NCBI GenBank assembly: GCA_963801355.1
Contig: CAWDEM010000008.1
Coordinates: forward strand, 1,984,001-2,048,000
DNA: 64,000 bases
Direction: 5' to 3'
Source of the DNA: Ignavibacteriota bacterium
Lineage (GTDB): Bacteria; Bacteroidota; Ignavibacteria; UBA10030; UBA6906
Below, piece by piece: positions 1-10,205 of this stretch. The translations under genes and the position numbers were made by a program. Numbering within the stretch: the first letter of the stretch is position 1; each line of letters opens with the position of its first letter. The notes below the pieces were generated by a model. That model worked only from the letters and a program-made list of their open reading frames with translations. It had not been told where the DNA came from and did no database searches.

Positions 1-1032
1 AGATACTCCTCATCATGGACCGGCGACAATGTGGCCTCATGGGAACACCTCCGGATGGCCCTCTCCATGTGCCTGACCCTGTCGTTGTCCGGACAACCAT
101 TCGTGGGTGCCGATATCGGGGGGTTTATCGGGTATCCTTCCGGCGAACTGTTTGCCCGCTGGCTGCAGCTGGGAGCCTTCACACCACTCATGCGTGCACA
201 CTCGGTGATCAACGAGAAGAACAAGGAGCCCTGGGAATACGGGCCGCAGTACACGGACATCAACCGGTCGACAATCGCATTGCGCTACCGGTTACTCCCC
301 TACATCTACAATGTCATGGCCGAGGCTTCCGTAACGGGGATACCGGCAATGCGTGCACTGATGTTGGAGTACCCCGGGGATCCCCGTTTTGCCGAATCCG
401 CACAGGAGTTTCTCCTCGGCAACGATCTGCTCATCGCGCCTGTCCTCTGGCCGGACGCACGGCAACGCGACGTGTCACTCCCGTCCGGGACGTGGTATGA
501 TTTCTATTCCGGGGCGGGAATATCCGGCGGGGCAAGTATGCGCGCGGAAGCGCCGCTGGACAGAATCCCCGTCTTCGTCCGCGCAGGAGCCATTGTCCCT
601 TCCCAGCAGGAGATGCAGTACACTCATCAGTATGCCATTGACCCGCTGACACTGACGGTCTATCCACTCACATCAGACGGGTCGCTTGCGACACAGTATT
701 ATGAAGATGACGGCACGACGTTCGACTATCTGAAGGGTGTGGTGCTCCGGCGGACCCATACCCAGCAGCGTGCGGGGAACTCGCTTGCGGTGGAAATCAG
801 CCCTGCGGAAGGAAGCTTCCGGCCGGCCCCAAGAGGATTGCTCATCAAGTTTGTGGACATAGCCAGGGAGCCGCTCGCGGTAATGGCGAACGGCACTCCT
901 CTCTCAAAGAGCGATAGCCTGACGGGGACAGTCCGGTCCAATACCTGGACCTACGACGCGACAACACGAACGGTTAGTGCCCGATCACAAGACAGTTGGA
1001 CAGGTCAACGATTCGAGCTACGGTATGAATGA
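1..1032 (+). CDS. Glycoside hydrolase family 31 (alpha-glucosidase-like), 5'-truncated by the window edge
   Basis: Frame open from base 1 (RYSSSWTGDN). GH31 motifs WTGDN, GADIGGF, RWLQLGAFTPLMRAH, LLGNDLLIAPV, IPVFVRAG, YEDDG. Confidence 0.93.
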   Translation, partial: RYSSSWTGDNVASWEHLRMALSMCLTLSLSGQPFVGADIGGFIGYPSGELFARWLQLGAFTPLMRAHSVINEKNKEPWEYGPQYTDINRSTIALRYRLLPYIYNVMAEASVTGIPAMRALMLEYPGDPRFAESAQEFLLGNDLLIAPVLWPDARQRDVSLPSGTWYDFYSGAGISGGASMRAEAPLDRIPVFVRAGAIVPSQQEMQYTHQYAIDPLTLTVYPLTSDGSLATQYYEDDGTTFDYLKGVVLRRTHTQQRAGNSLAVEISPAEGSFRPAPRGLLIKFVDIAREPLAVMANGTPLSKSDSLTGTVRSNTWTYDATTRTVSARSQDSWTGQRFELRYE

Positions 1033-1747
1033 AGCCGACAAAAAGCATGCGCAGGCGCTGGTCAACCGCCTCCTGCACGAAGCAGGCGACAAAGGGACCG
1101 CGGGGGAATACAAACTCGCTCTCACAGCTGTGAGGAAGGCAAAGGCCCTTGACCTGACGAATGTCTACACACTCGCGCTGGAACGCCAGCTCGAGCAGAT
1201 GGAGGAACTGGCGGTGACGGGCTTGTTGACGGACGCGCAGAAAGCTGACATTCTGGAATCGCTGCCGCGTCTCATGCGACAGGCAGCAGCAGCGGGGACA
1301 GCCCTGTCGGTCCCCGGTGAGCTGGACGGAACACGCGTGGAGACCCCGGAGGAACGTGAGGTACGTATCGCCGCCGGACGCTGGTTGAAGAACCAGTATT
1401 TTCAGCGGGCGCATGATTTCGTCACGAAGGCGGAGTATGACCACGCCATTCTTGAGCTAAGGAAGATATTCAGCATCGACGACAAGGATCAGGTTGCGCG
1501 GGAATTCGAATCGAAGATATTACAGATGCTGGAGCTGAAGCGGCGGCAACCTCCGGTGACCCGTCCGGAGACGTTGCAGCAGAAGCCTGAGCCCCCATCG
1601 GCGGCGCCCGAGCCTGTTCCGGCGGAAGAAGCTCCGGCAAAAGAGGTTCCGCTCACCGTGACCAAGAGCAACAAGGCAATCTGGATCACCGTTATTGTCA
1701 TACTCATCCTCGCTGCTCTGGCCGCCCTGTACTTCTTGAACCGATAG
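1025..1747 (+). CDS. TPR-like helical protein with Pro-rich linker and C-terminal membrane anchor
   Basis: ATG 1025 overlaps the GH31 stop. TPR-like helices (AEYDHAILELRKIFSID); hydrophobic tail IWITVIVILILAALAALYF. Confidence 0.7.
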   Translation: MNEADKKHAQALVNRLLHEAGDKGTAGEYKLALTAVRKAKALDLTNVYTLALERQLEQMEELAVTGLLTDAQKADILESLPRLMRQAAAAGTALSVPGELDGTRVETPEEREVRIAAGRWLKNQYFQRAHDFVTKAEYDHAILELRKIFSIDDKDQVAREFESKILQMLELKRRQPPVTRPETLQQKPEPPSAAPEPVPAEEAPAKEVPLTVTKSNKAIWITVIVILILAALAALYFLNR

Positions 1748-2019
1748 CATTCGACACCTGCACGCCTGAGATCCGTCATGATGTGCCGGAGGCCGCCGAG
1801 GATGCAGTGTCCGCATACCAATTTGTAGATTTCACCGATGCCGGGCGGCTGATTGCCCGGCCGCCCGTCACCCCATTCACCACTCACCCTTCAGAACCCT
1901 CATAACTGCCGCTAAGTCTCTAACAGCACGACACTTCGGATCAAACCACAAATTCATCATCTCCGGCTTGCAGCCTCCTTGTGGCATGCCCTTTGCGACG
2001 CTGTGGCGTGGAGCAAACA

Positions 2020-3144
2020 ATGGTGGGAACAAACACAAATAGCATGGCGTTGCTGAAGGTTGCGGACAAGCTCGTGCGCAACGGGGATCTCAAAGGCGCA
2101 CTGGACGCAATACTGAAAGCACGCCAGCTGGATGCAACCAACCGGTACGCCGAAGCCTACGAGGATCGGGTCCGGGCTCTCCTGCAAAAGTCTGCCCTTA
2201 CCGAAGAGAGGGTCCCCGATGCAGGAACAGAGGAGGACACGGCCCCTGCTCCGACAACAGCCGCCCCGAGTTCGCGGCTCGCGGAAATCGTTGAATTGCT
2301 GGACCATGCCAATGCGTCCATCGCGCGCAACGAATTCCACGAGGCGCTGGACTACATCGGAAAAGCACGACAGCTTGATCCGGAGAACGAGGATATCGGC
2401 GTGTTGGAGGAACAGGTGCGTGGAGCGTGTGACAGCGCCTCGTCCAATTCAACAGAGCCCTTCGTGGACTTTGAGGTTGTCCGTTCTACACTCGAGGCGT
2501 ATATCTCCGAAGCAATGGAGCTCGCCGCCAAGGAGGATTTCGACGAAGCCCTGCATTTGATAACAAAGGGCTTCCTGCTTGACCCAGCGAACCAGGACCT
2601 GCGCGCGGCAGAACGGCACATCACGGCAGCACGTGAGTTGCAGGAGAAGCGCCGTCAGACCGAGGCCATCGCCGCCGAACACTACCGCCAGCTGGTTGAG
2701 ACGGACCGTGTACGTCACGAAGATCTTGGCCGGCATATCACGTGCGCCAGGAAGTTATTGGGCAGCAGGTCGCTCGATGATGCACTCACAGAGGTGGCTC
2801 TGGGATACATCATTGAGCCCCAGAACGAAGATCTCAAACAGATCGAGCAGGAAATCTGGCAAGAAAAGCGGGTCGCAAAACCCGTCGTCGAGACCACGCA
2901 AAAGAACGCCGGAGTATCTCGACTGATCCACCTGTACATTCTGGCTGCGGAGGAGTTTGCGAAGAACGGTGACTTTGTGAAGTCGCTGGACGGACTTGCC
3001 AGAGCGTTTGTTATTGATCCGGCCAACATCGAAATCAAACGAGCAGAGGTGCGGATCCGTCAGGCGGAACTCCGTTACCACCAGGCCTCCGGCTCTCCTC
3101 TGAAACTGGTGTATCATCATGATCGTGCGGTGAACGAAGAATGA
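2020..3144 (+). CDS. TPR-repeat protein (soluble)
   Basis: GGAG before ATG 2020. About five repeats of A..L...G....AL..I.KA..LDP.N. Confidence 0.8.
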   Translation: MVGTNTNSMALLKVADKLVRNGDLKGALDAILKARQLDATNRYAEAYEDRVRALLQKSALTEERVPDAGTEEDTAPAPTTAAPSSRLAEIVELLDHANASIARNEFHEALDYIGKARQLDPENEDIGVLEEQVRGACDSASSNSTEPFVDFEVVRSTLEAYISEAMELAAKEDFDEALHLITKGFLLDPANQDLRAAERHITAARELQEKRRQTEAIAAEHYRQLVETDRVRHEDLGRHITCARKLLGSRSLDDALTEVALGYIIEPQNEDLKQIEQEIWQEKRVAKPVVETTQKNAGVSRLIHLYILAAEEFAKNGDFVKSLDGLARAFVIDPANIEIKRAEVRIRQAELRYHQASGSPLKLVYHHDRAVNEE

Positions 3145-4538
3145 CACTCATCGATACATCACCCGGCGGGCCGGTTACGGCCGAACAGATCTACGAAATC
3201 AAAACGATGGCGGAGTCCGGTCAGTTTGCTGATGCTCTTATTCGCCTTCGGAAGTTAAAGCCGCTGCATCCCCGGAATACATTCCTGGTGGCCCTGGAAA
3301 AGCAACTTGAACGCCTCCTCGTGCTTCCCCGCGATTCTGAACCGTCTGAACCGCAGAGAATGGAACTCATGAATTCGATGCCGGGGCTGGTGAAGGGAGC
3401 TGTCGACTCACTTCGTCAGCAATCACCGGCACGCCCCCCCGTAGAACAGGACGCACCGGCATCAGCAAAAACCGAACGCCCGGACCGCGATGCGGCACGA
3501 AACCAGCTGAAGGAACAGTACTTCCAGCATGCCGACGAATACCTCAAGAAGGGTGCCTACGGAAGCGCTCTCGTGGAAATCCGGCGCGTGAAGATCATCG
3601 CCCCCGACGATCCGACCGTCGCGGAATACGAGCGGACGATACGTCAACTCGTGGAATTGCAGCAGCGCATTGGAATCAGAACGCAGGAATCAATTCAGGC
3701 TCCTTCCCCGGAACAGGCGTTCCCGAACACCACGGTCGAGGCCTCCCCCACTCCGACCCCACAGGTGCGTGAGTATGATTCGGTGGCGCCACCCCCGCCG
3801 GAAGTTGAGGCTGCAACCGGAGAGCTGCGCGACATTCAGTCGCCGGGGAAATCACGGGTTGGATTCATTGTCGCGGCGGTTTTTCTGATCCTCCTCCTCA
3901 GTATCACGGCTATCGCCCTGTTCAGCAGCCCTGATGATTCAGCAGAGCCCGCGGACAAAGCGGTGGCAGCTGTTCCCGCCGGTACCGGAAGCACAGCGGC
4001 GCGGATCCAGCCAGCCCAAGACATGCCGGCGGCCACCGTGAAACCTGCTGTGACGACTCCAGCCCAGCAGAAGAAAGAGATTGTGGCAAGTCCCGCACAG
4101 GAAAAGCTCCCCGGCGCAGTGACCCCGGTCCAGGAGAAGAAGGCAGCTCCGGCAGGTCCCGTGGAGAAAAAGCCTCCTGTCGCGGTGACTCCGACTCCAC
4201 AAAAGAACGTGACTCCGGCTATTCCCGCCCAGGAGAAACCTCTTATCGCCGCACGTCCGGCAGCCCCTGCCTTTACTGACAGCGACCCGCAAATCCTGCA
4301 CCTCGAGCAACCGGTATTCCCTCCGGAGCTCATGGCATTGAAGGCGGGTGGAGAAGTCGTTATCATGGTCCAGATTGACCCTACAGGCAAGCCACTGCAG
4401 GCAATGGTGGCAAAGACCACCAACATGGCGTACAACGATTCGATCACAAAAGCGGTGATGAATTCCACATACCGCCCCGGGACCACCCCGGACGGGCCGA
4501 CAACAAAGTGGATCACGATCCCATTCAAGATCAAATGA
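3141..4538 (+). CDS. TonB C-terminal domain protein with N-terminal TPR-like domain, one TM helix and Pro/Ala/Lys-rich linker
   Basis: ATGA overlap with the upstream gene. TM VGFIVAAVFLILLLSITAIALF; TonB_C-like PVFPPEL..GEVVIMVQIDPTG..YRPG..WITIPFKIK. Confidence 0.8.
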   Translation: MTLIDTSPGGPVTAEQIYEIKTMAESGQFADALIRLRKLKPLHPRNTFLVALEKQLERLLVLPRDSEPSEPQRMELMNSMPGLVKGAVDSLRQQSPARPPVEQDAPASAKTERPDRDAARNQLKEQYFQHADEYLKKGAYGSALVEIRRVKIIAPDDPTVAEYERTIRQLVELQQRIGIRTQESIQAPSPEQAFPNTTVEASPTPTPQVREYDSVAPPPPEVEAATGELRDIQSPGKSRVGFIVAAVFLILLLSITAIALFSSPDDSAEPADKAVAAVPAGTGSTAARIQPAQDMPAATVKPAVTTPAQQKKEIVASPAQEKLPGAVTPVQEKKAAPAGPVEKKPPVAVTPTPQKNVTPAIPAQEKPLIAARPAAPAFTDSDPQILHLEQPVFPPELMALKAGGEVVIMVQIDPTGKPLQAMVAKTTNMAYNDSITKAVMNSTYRPGTTPDGPTTKWITIPFKIK

Positions 4539-4560
4539 CCGGGCATCGGGCCTAAAACGA

Positions 4561-4593
4561 GTGAGACTCGTCTGAACGTCAGACGAGTCTCAC
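4561..4593. terminator. Perfect 15-bp inverted repeat between convergent genes (probable bidirectional terminator)
   Basis: GTGAGACTCGTCTGA-acg-TCAGACGAGTCTCAC; no clear U-tract. Confidence 0.65.
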
Positions 4594-4615
4594 AACAGGA
4601 CGGGCGGCAGCCTCA

Positions 4616-6103
4616 CTACCAGGAATACCGGACAGTATACTTCACCACAGTTTCTTCGTCCTTCTTGATTTTCACCGGAAAACGCAGCGTCGACTGATCC
4701 ACCTTTTCCCAGGTGGTACTCGCGTTCACGATTTCCCACTGGCTCCAGCGCCAGGGGTGTTCGTACACCATCACTTCCACCTGCGTTGACTTGTGGTTTC
4801 GCACCTTGACTTCGATGCTTTCTTCCACAACATGCCCGTTGGAGTAGGACTTGAAATCCTTCTGCGCGCGCTCACCGACGATATCGAAGGCGTTGCCCAG
4901 ATAGAGCCGGAGCTCTTCATCTTTGGGCGTGTGGTCAATCTGGTCTTCCCCGATGAACTGCTCCTTGCTGTCCTCATCACGCTTGTATACTCGCACTTTT
5001 CCTTTCGGCAGCGGTATACCGAGGCCGGACTTGTCATCGTTTTTGAATGCAACGTACACACCCACCTTGGGGTTGGATTGCTGGCCGAAACTCCCCTGAG
5101 AACGATACGAGTAGTTGTTGTACCAGTAGCGCCACTGGTTCGCGAGACCGTCGTAGATGAACATTTTCTTCGCGGCGACGTTGTGGCCTGACGTAAGCTC
5201 AATTTGCTTCGTTTCATTGTTGTCGACGCTCGTCCGTCGCTGCAACGTGTAGAGCTTGTACTCAAAGAGCTCGCTCTGTTTGAACTGCGGAGCCGCGGCT
5301 TCGTCGACAGCCATGGCCTTCGACATCCGCATTGCACCCCCGAACTCTTCCTGCACGACATTGACGTCTCCCGCGACGAGTTTCAGCCCCGCATTGGAGA
5401 AGTCTGTCCCGGACGAATTCGTTATCGTCACCCACCCGGTCAGATCGAGTCTGGCATCATCGCTGGACAGTAATGCCACGTAGTTCGCCGACCAATTGAG
5501 GCCGCCCGCCAGGTAGCTGATTTCGGCCTTGTGGGTCCCCTCCTTGGTATTAGAAACGAGCCATTCGAGCTGGGGCTTGAGTATCAGGCCGTCCGGAAGG
5601 CTTGGGAGGACCAATCGTCCTGCCGGACTTATTTCGATTTTCCCGTTGATATCCGCTACCATTCCGCCGATCATGGTCTGGCCCGTGTACCCGGTTGCCA
5701 GCAGTTTCCCGCTCACCGTGTATTCCTTTTTGGTTTCGGGATCCACGCGGATGAATTCGACGGTCTTCCCAATGTATCGCTCCAGAAGTTTGGACGGGTG
5801 AACAAGGTCGTACTGGTAGCTCTGTTCGAGCACCTTAACGGCAGACGGTTCCGTGAGACTGAGGAAATGCAGGGATGTGCCGTCGATCGTGGCCGGGATG
5901 TCCGGCAGAATCGCCCGGCTCATCCCGCGGGGCAGATTCAATGACCGTTCCTCCCGGATCAACGAGAGGTTCTGATTGTAGATTGTCAGATCTACCGTTG
6001 CGCGTTCGCCGGCGATGTTGGTTTTCATCGTCTGCGCCACGGTGGCAGTGAGATTTGCGAGCATGAAAGCCGCGAGCAGTACTGCTGCCGGGAAGTGTCT
6101 CAT
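4616..6103 (-). CDS. DUF4139-type exported protein
   Basis: GGAGAGGA RBS before ATG 6103; signal peptide; LTIYNQNLSLIREER, SYLAGGLNWSANY, LPKGKVRVY, FIGEDQIDHTP, GNAFDI motifs. Confidence 0.8.
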   Translation of the reverse strand: MRHFPAAVLLAAFMLANLTATVAQTMKTNIAGERATVDLTIYNQNLSLIREERSLNLPRGMSRAILPDIPATIDGTSLHFLSLTEPSAVKVLEQSYQYDLVHPSKLLERYIGKTVEFIRVDPETKKEYTVSGKLLATGYTGQTMIGGMVADINGKIEISPAGRLVLPSLPDGLILKPQLEWLVSNTKEGTHKAEISYLAGGLNWSANYVALLSSDDARLDLTGWVTITNSSGTDFSNAGLKLVAGDVNVVQEEFGGAMRMSKAMAVDEAAAPQFKQSELFEYKLYTLQRRTSVDNNETKQIELTSGHNVAAKKMFIYDGLANQWRYWYNNYSYRSQGSFGQQSNPKVGVYVAFKNDDKSGLGIPLPKGKVRVYKRDEDSKEQFIGEDQIDHTPKDEELRLYLGNAFDIVGERAQKDFKSYSNGHVVEESIEVKVRNHKSTQVEVMVYEHPWRWSQWEIVNASTTWEKVDQSTLRFPVKIKKDEETVVKYTVRYSW

Positions 6104-6197
6104 TGTTCCTCTCCGTAATGTTGAAAGATGAGTCTGTTTGTCGTACTTTATGCCATTCACCTTCTGCCTGTTCATGTCATTAATAAGTGAAAGGTAA

Positions 6198-6782
6198 ATG
6201 AAATCTCCGCTGCTTTTTTTCGATAGCGATGCCCGGATTCTGGATGGCATCCGGCAGGGAGATGAATCGGCGCTTGTGACGCTGTATGAAGCCCACCGGC
6301 GGCCAATTACGGCACATGTGATGCGCAATAACGGCACCCAGGATGATGCGAATGATGTCTTTCAGGAAGCCCTGGTCATTCTCTGGGAGCGCGTACGAGC
6401 CGGCAACTATCAGCACACTGCAGCCCTGGGGACATTCCTGTATGCCACAGCACGGAACCTCTGGCTCCGCCGCCTTGCCGTCGCATGGCGCGAAAGGCCG
6501 CTGGATCCAGACAGCGATGGCACCTCCAGCGATGATCCTTCACCCCTGGAAGATCTCGTCGCACACGAGACCACCACCGCCGTGCGGGACGCCCTGGACC
6601 GGCTGGGTGAACCGTGCCGCTCCCTTCTCGTGCTCTTCTATTGGGAGGAGGCGTCGATGGAGGAAATCGCCCGGCAACTGGGCCTGGCCAATGCGGCCAC
6701 AGCGAAATCAAAGAAGTATCAATGCAAAGAGCAACTCAAACGTTTGATGGAAGGAACCACCCACGGCCATGAACGGGGCTGA
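6198..6782 (+). CDS. ECF RNA polymerase sigma factor
   Basis: Region 2 DANDVFQEALVILW..FLYATARNLW; region 4 SMEEIARQLG..AKSKKYQCKEQL. Confidence 0.92.
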   Translation: MKSPLLFFDSDARILDGIRQGDESALVTLYEAHRRPITAHVMRNNGTQDDANDVFQEALVILWERVRAGNYQHTAALGTFLYATARNLWLRRLAVAWRERPLDPDSDGTSSDDPSPLEDLVAHETTTAVRDALDRLGEPCRSLLVLFYWEEASMEEIARQLGLANAATAKSKKYQCKEQLKRLMEGTTHGHERG

Positions 6783-7806
6783 GAACAATCATCTCCTGCC
6801 GGAGACTATCGAAGATGCCGCCCTGGGGCGTCTGACACCCGACGAGCGTTCGAGAGTCGAATCCCACGTGCGCGACTGCGCCCTCTGTAGGGAGGCAATG
6901 GAACAGGAACGACTCATCGCCGCCGGAACAAAGGCATGGGGCCGCGCGGCTATGAAACAGAAGTTGGCGGGCCGGATTGCGGCCGCATCACAACAACGCA
7001 CACCCTGGCCTCACATCCTCTCGGCAGCCGCACTTCTGATTGTTATCATCGGTGTCGGCGTGCTCTTCCGATGGCGCTCCACCAACCGGGAACCGGAAGT
7101 GTCCTATTCCGATTCGGTCCTTTCGGGCGAATCGACAAAGAACGCCCCAACGGCTCCGGCCCCCTCTATCGCATCCGAGGAATCCTTCCGGGACCAGCTG
7201 CGTGAAAAGGACTCCCCTGCCGACCATGAAATCAGCCGACAGGACAAGAAAGGTGCACCCCGGACCGGGGCTCAGATGCCAGCGACCCGCACGGAAGCGG
7301 CGGCTGCCGAGGAACTGAAGAAACCGGCACAGGAACTGCCTGGTCCGGAGCAGCCTGTGTTGATGAAGTCAGTCACGGCTGACGAAGCCGTGAAGTCACC
7401 GGACATGGACGTCTGGGTGGAAGGCATGCAGTGGAGCACTCCCTACACCGGCGGCATGCAGACCCAGCCGGCCGGCGCTTCGAACCAGGGGGTGTCGGCG
7501 AACAGGCTCGAAGCACGCAGCAAAGCCCTCAAAAACGAAATGGCGCCGACTCCTGTTTTTGTCATTAACCAGCGTCCGCGAGGAGAGTTGCACGAGACTC
7601 GAGGGGGCGGCAAAGCAATAAAGACCACTCCTGCACATGTCGTGCGGGCGGGAGACACTCTGTACGTGACACTGTACCTGGATACGCTGTTGACTCCGCA
7701 GCAGCTGCGGTCGACCTTCGGACAGCAGGCGACGCCGGATTCATTTCACATCATGCTCCCCGACAGAATTCTCGGGTACAGAATCCCGGGGGGTCTTGCG
7801 CATTAG
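6769..7806 (+). CDS. Zinc-finger (HxxxCxxC) transmembrane anti-sigma factor
   Basis: HVRDCALC motif and a single TM helix; overlaps the sigma gene end. Confidence 0.85.
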   Translation: MNGAENNHLLPETIEDAALGRLTPDERSRVESHVRDCALCREAMEQERLIAAGTKAWGRAAMKQKLAGRIAAASQQRTPWPHILSAAALLIVIIGVGVLFRWRSTNREPEVSYSDSVLSGESTKNAPTAPAPSIASEESFRDQLREKDSPADHEISRQDKKGAPRTGAQMPATRTEAAAAEELKKPAQELPGPEQPVLMKSVTADEAVKSPDMDVWVEGMQWSTPYTGGMQTQPAGASNQGVSANRLEARSKALKNEMAPTPVFVINQRPRGELHETRGGGKAIKTTPAHVVRAGDTLYVTLYLDTLLTPQQLRSTFGQQATPDSFHIMLPDRILGYRIPGGLAH

Positions 7807-7911
7807 TGCTACGGCGTAAGACCTGTGACAACCGATGGAGTGTTCTGACCGCAACACTCTTCTGCACCTTCTGAGCTTGACATCACATCTCTCTACTGCA
7901 CCCACTCACTT

Positions 7912-9441
7912 TTAATGCTTCTGCGAGAACCAGAGAGGGAGATACGTGCGGGCACCGTATCCCGGTATGGCCAGTACGTTATCCACTTCTGCTGAATTGT
8001 CCGGGCCGTCGAGTGACGACCAGTGATGATAGTATCCCGCCGCCTGCACGAAAACGGTCCTGTGCATCCCATTTGCGAGCGACGGGACCGGATAGGAGAG
8101 GAGGACCGTGTCTCCCATCAGAGATGTGAGATAGCTGTCGTCCCGGTTCGCAACGAGCGGGGTGCAATCCGCTCCCCTTGAACCGGTCGCTGTCGCTGCA
8201 CGTACCGTCACACACTTCACTGGCATGTCTATCGACTCATCCACCCCGATCTGGTCTATGCGCCAGAGATCTGCCGTGCATTCAAGTCGGACGCGGAGTA
8301 CGCGTGCCCCGGGAGAAGGTACCGGCACGACGAGGATCTGTTCCTTCAGCAACTCTTCACCGGAGTCCATGAACACACCGGCCTTCTGCCACTCCGTGCC
8401 ATCCCAGACACTGACATGGAGCAAGCCCTCGCGCAGGAGAAACCCGCGCATCTGGTTCCCCTTGGCGGGGTCGTGCTCCAGCCTTCGAATCCATTGGGCG
8501 TATCCGCTGCCGCAAAGCTCTGAAAGTCGGTTGAATGTGAAAGAGGGCAGGAGCGTATTTTGTCCTCGCATCAGCAACTTCACCGATCCGGAGTTGCTCT
8601 TCAACTGGAACTCCGCCTCGAGCCGGTCGGTGAATTCCTCGGAATCGCCCTCCGACCCAACGTGCTTTTGACTTTCCCACAGGAGCCCGTCAGGTTCCCT
8701 CACAACTTCAAGCACCGACCCGGCGTTTCCATCGACACACTTCACGGGAGGCAGCAACGACGTAACGGTGTGGAACACTCCATCGGCTGAAGCCAGGACC
8801 TGAACATCATCCTGAACATCGACAGCGGAGAGTGTGAGTTCATTCACATAGTCTGTCTCCAGCCGCTCATTCATCAGTTTGATCAGATATTCGCCGTTGG
8901 ACGGCTCGATGTGCTCCAGGCGGTCGATCACCCTCCGTTCAGCGCCTTTATATATAGAGCCGGCAAAGGTCTCAGACGAAAGGACGAATCGGGATCCATC
9001 GAATGCGTAGACGAATGGACATGACCGAGTTTGTGGGTATGTAATATGATCAGTTGCCTCAAGGCCGTTTGTCGTCTGGAAGGCCGTTGCTACGAGACCG
9101 ACGGTTGAGCCGACGAGGCCAGCAAATACCACGGATTTGAAGAAATTGCCCTCTTTCAGATAAAGGTAGTCGATGGAATCGAGCGGGATTTGTCCGTCAT
9201 ATACAACATCCTCACCCTTCTGTAGCAGGCCTGCGAATTCCAATGTGCTATCCCTGAGAGTGTAGCGATCCAACCTGTATTCAGAACCATCGCGTGTGAT
9301 CACCACGAGCGGCTGCTGTTCTACACGCGGGCTGAGGTCAGAACGATTTGTTACCTCCCGGTACGTGTAGAGATAGGAACAGCCGGACATCGCCAGGAGT
9401 GCAGCAACGCTGGCAGCGACAACGAGATTCTGGATCATCAT
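7912..9441 (-). CDS. Hypothetical lipoprotein with SCPFVY motif
   Basis: Lipobox LLAMSGC; RSCPFVYAFDG motif; 509-aa ORF coupled to the upstream gene by an ATGA overlap. Confidence 0.65.
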   Translation of the reverse strand: MMIQNLVVAASVAALLAMSGCSYLYTYREVTNRSDLSPRVEQQPLVVITRDGSEYRLDRYTLRDSTLEFAGLLQKGEDVVYDGQIPLDSIDYLYLKEGNFFKSVVFAGLVGSTVGLVATAFQTTNGLEATDHITYPQTRSCPFVYAFDGSRFVLSSETFAGSIYKGAERRVIDRLEHIEPSNGEYLIKLMNERLETDYVNELTLSAVDVQDDVQVLASADGVFHTVTSLLPPVKCVDGNAGSVLEVVREPDGLLWESQKHVGSEGDSEEFTDRLEAEFQLKSNSGSVKLLMRGQNTLLPSFTFNRLSELCGSGYAQWIRRLEHDPAKGNQMRGFLLREGLLHVSVWDGTEWQKAGVFMDSGEELLKEQILVVPVPSPGARVLRVRLECTADLWRIDQIGVDESIDMPVKCVTVRAATATGSRGADCTPLVANRDDSYLTSLMGDTVLLSYPVPSLANGMHRTVFVQAAGYYHHWSSLDGPDNSAEVDNVLAIPGYGARTYLPLWFSQKH

Positions 9442-10205
9442 GGCGTTGGCCCTCCTGAAAAGTGAAACAGGATTCTTGCGCCAGCCGAGAAACTGGAGAA
9501 ATTGGCGCTGCCGCGGTGGGAATTGGACGTGGAAGGCTGCACAAGATAGTAGGACCCGTCCAGAATCACCGAAAAATCCTCTATGAGTTCCAACTCCACC
9601 CCTCCACGAAGAAATCCCCCAAACTGCTGAGCCTCCATGTTGACCCCGCTGAGAATCCTGCCATTCCCCAGGGCGGCGTCATATTTCGCAGCGACGGTCG
9701 TACGGAAGAAGACAATCCCGGGACCGACGAAGCACTGGAAGAAGTTGTTGCCGGCAAACGACGGCATGTAGTATATGCCCAAGGTGCCCGCATAGATCCT
9801 GCTCTTCTCCTCGAAATTCCATCCACCTTCAAGATTCACCCGGAACTTCGAGGAGAAATCTATGCCGAATGAGACCCACATGAGCGGCGATGGAGTGAGT
9901 GTCAGAATGCCCTTGCCGACCTCAATCTCTCGCTTGAGATAGCTCTCCTCCCTGTCTCTCAACACTTGCTGAAGCCCATCAAAGTTTGGGCTGTAGCTTG
10001 TGATCCCGATTGTTCCGAACAGGTGCGGGTAGAAGCGCTTCTCGACGCGATCATGCCGGAATGCGTGGGGCAAGAATTCCGACTGCTCGCGAGATGCTCC
10101 TGCCACCGTTCCGGGACCTCTTTTGAGAGAGTCTCCCTTGCTGTATTGTGCATTTGCAGGAAACATCGCCGCACAGAGGAGGAGAAAAAGAAGGAGTGTT
10201 CGCAT
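9438..10205 (-). CDS. Exported protein, probable outer-membrane beta-barrel
   Basis: Signal peptide; alternating amphipathic strands; terminal FSAGARILFHF. Confidence 0.6.
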   Translation of the reverse strand: MRTLLLFLLLCAAMFPANAQYSKGDSLKRGPGTVAGASREQSEFLPHAFRHDRVEKRFYPHLFGTIGITSYSPNFDGLQQVLRDREESYLKREIEVGKGILTLTPSPLMWVSFGIDFSSKFRVNLEGGWNFEEKSRIYAGTLGIYYMPSFAGNNFFQCFVGPGIVFFRTTVAAKYDAALGNGRILSGVNMEAQQFGGFLRGGVELELIEDFSVILDGSYYLVQPSTSNSHRGSANFSSFSAGARILFHFSGGPTP

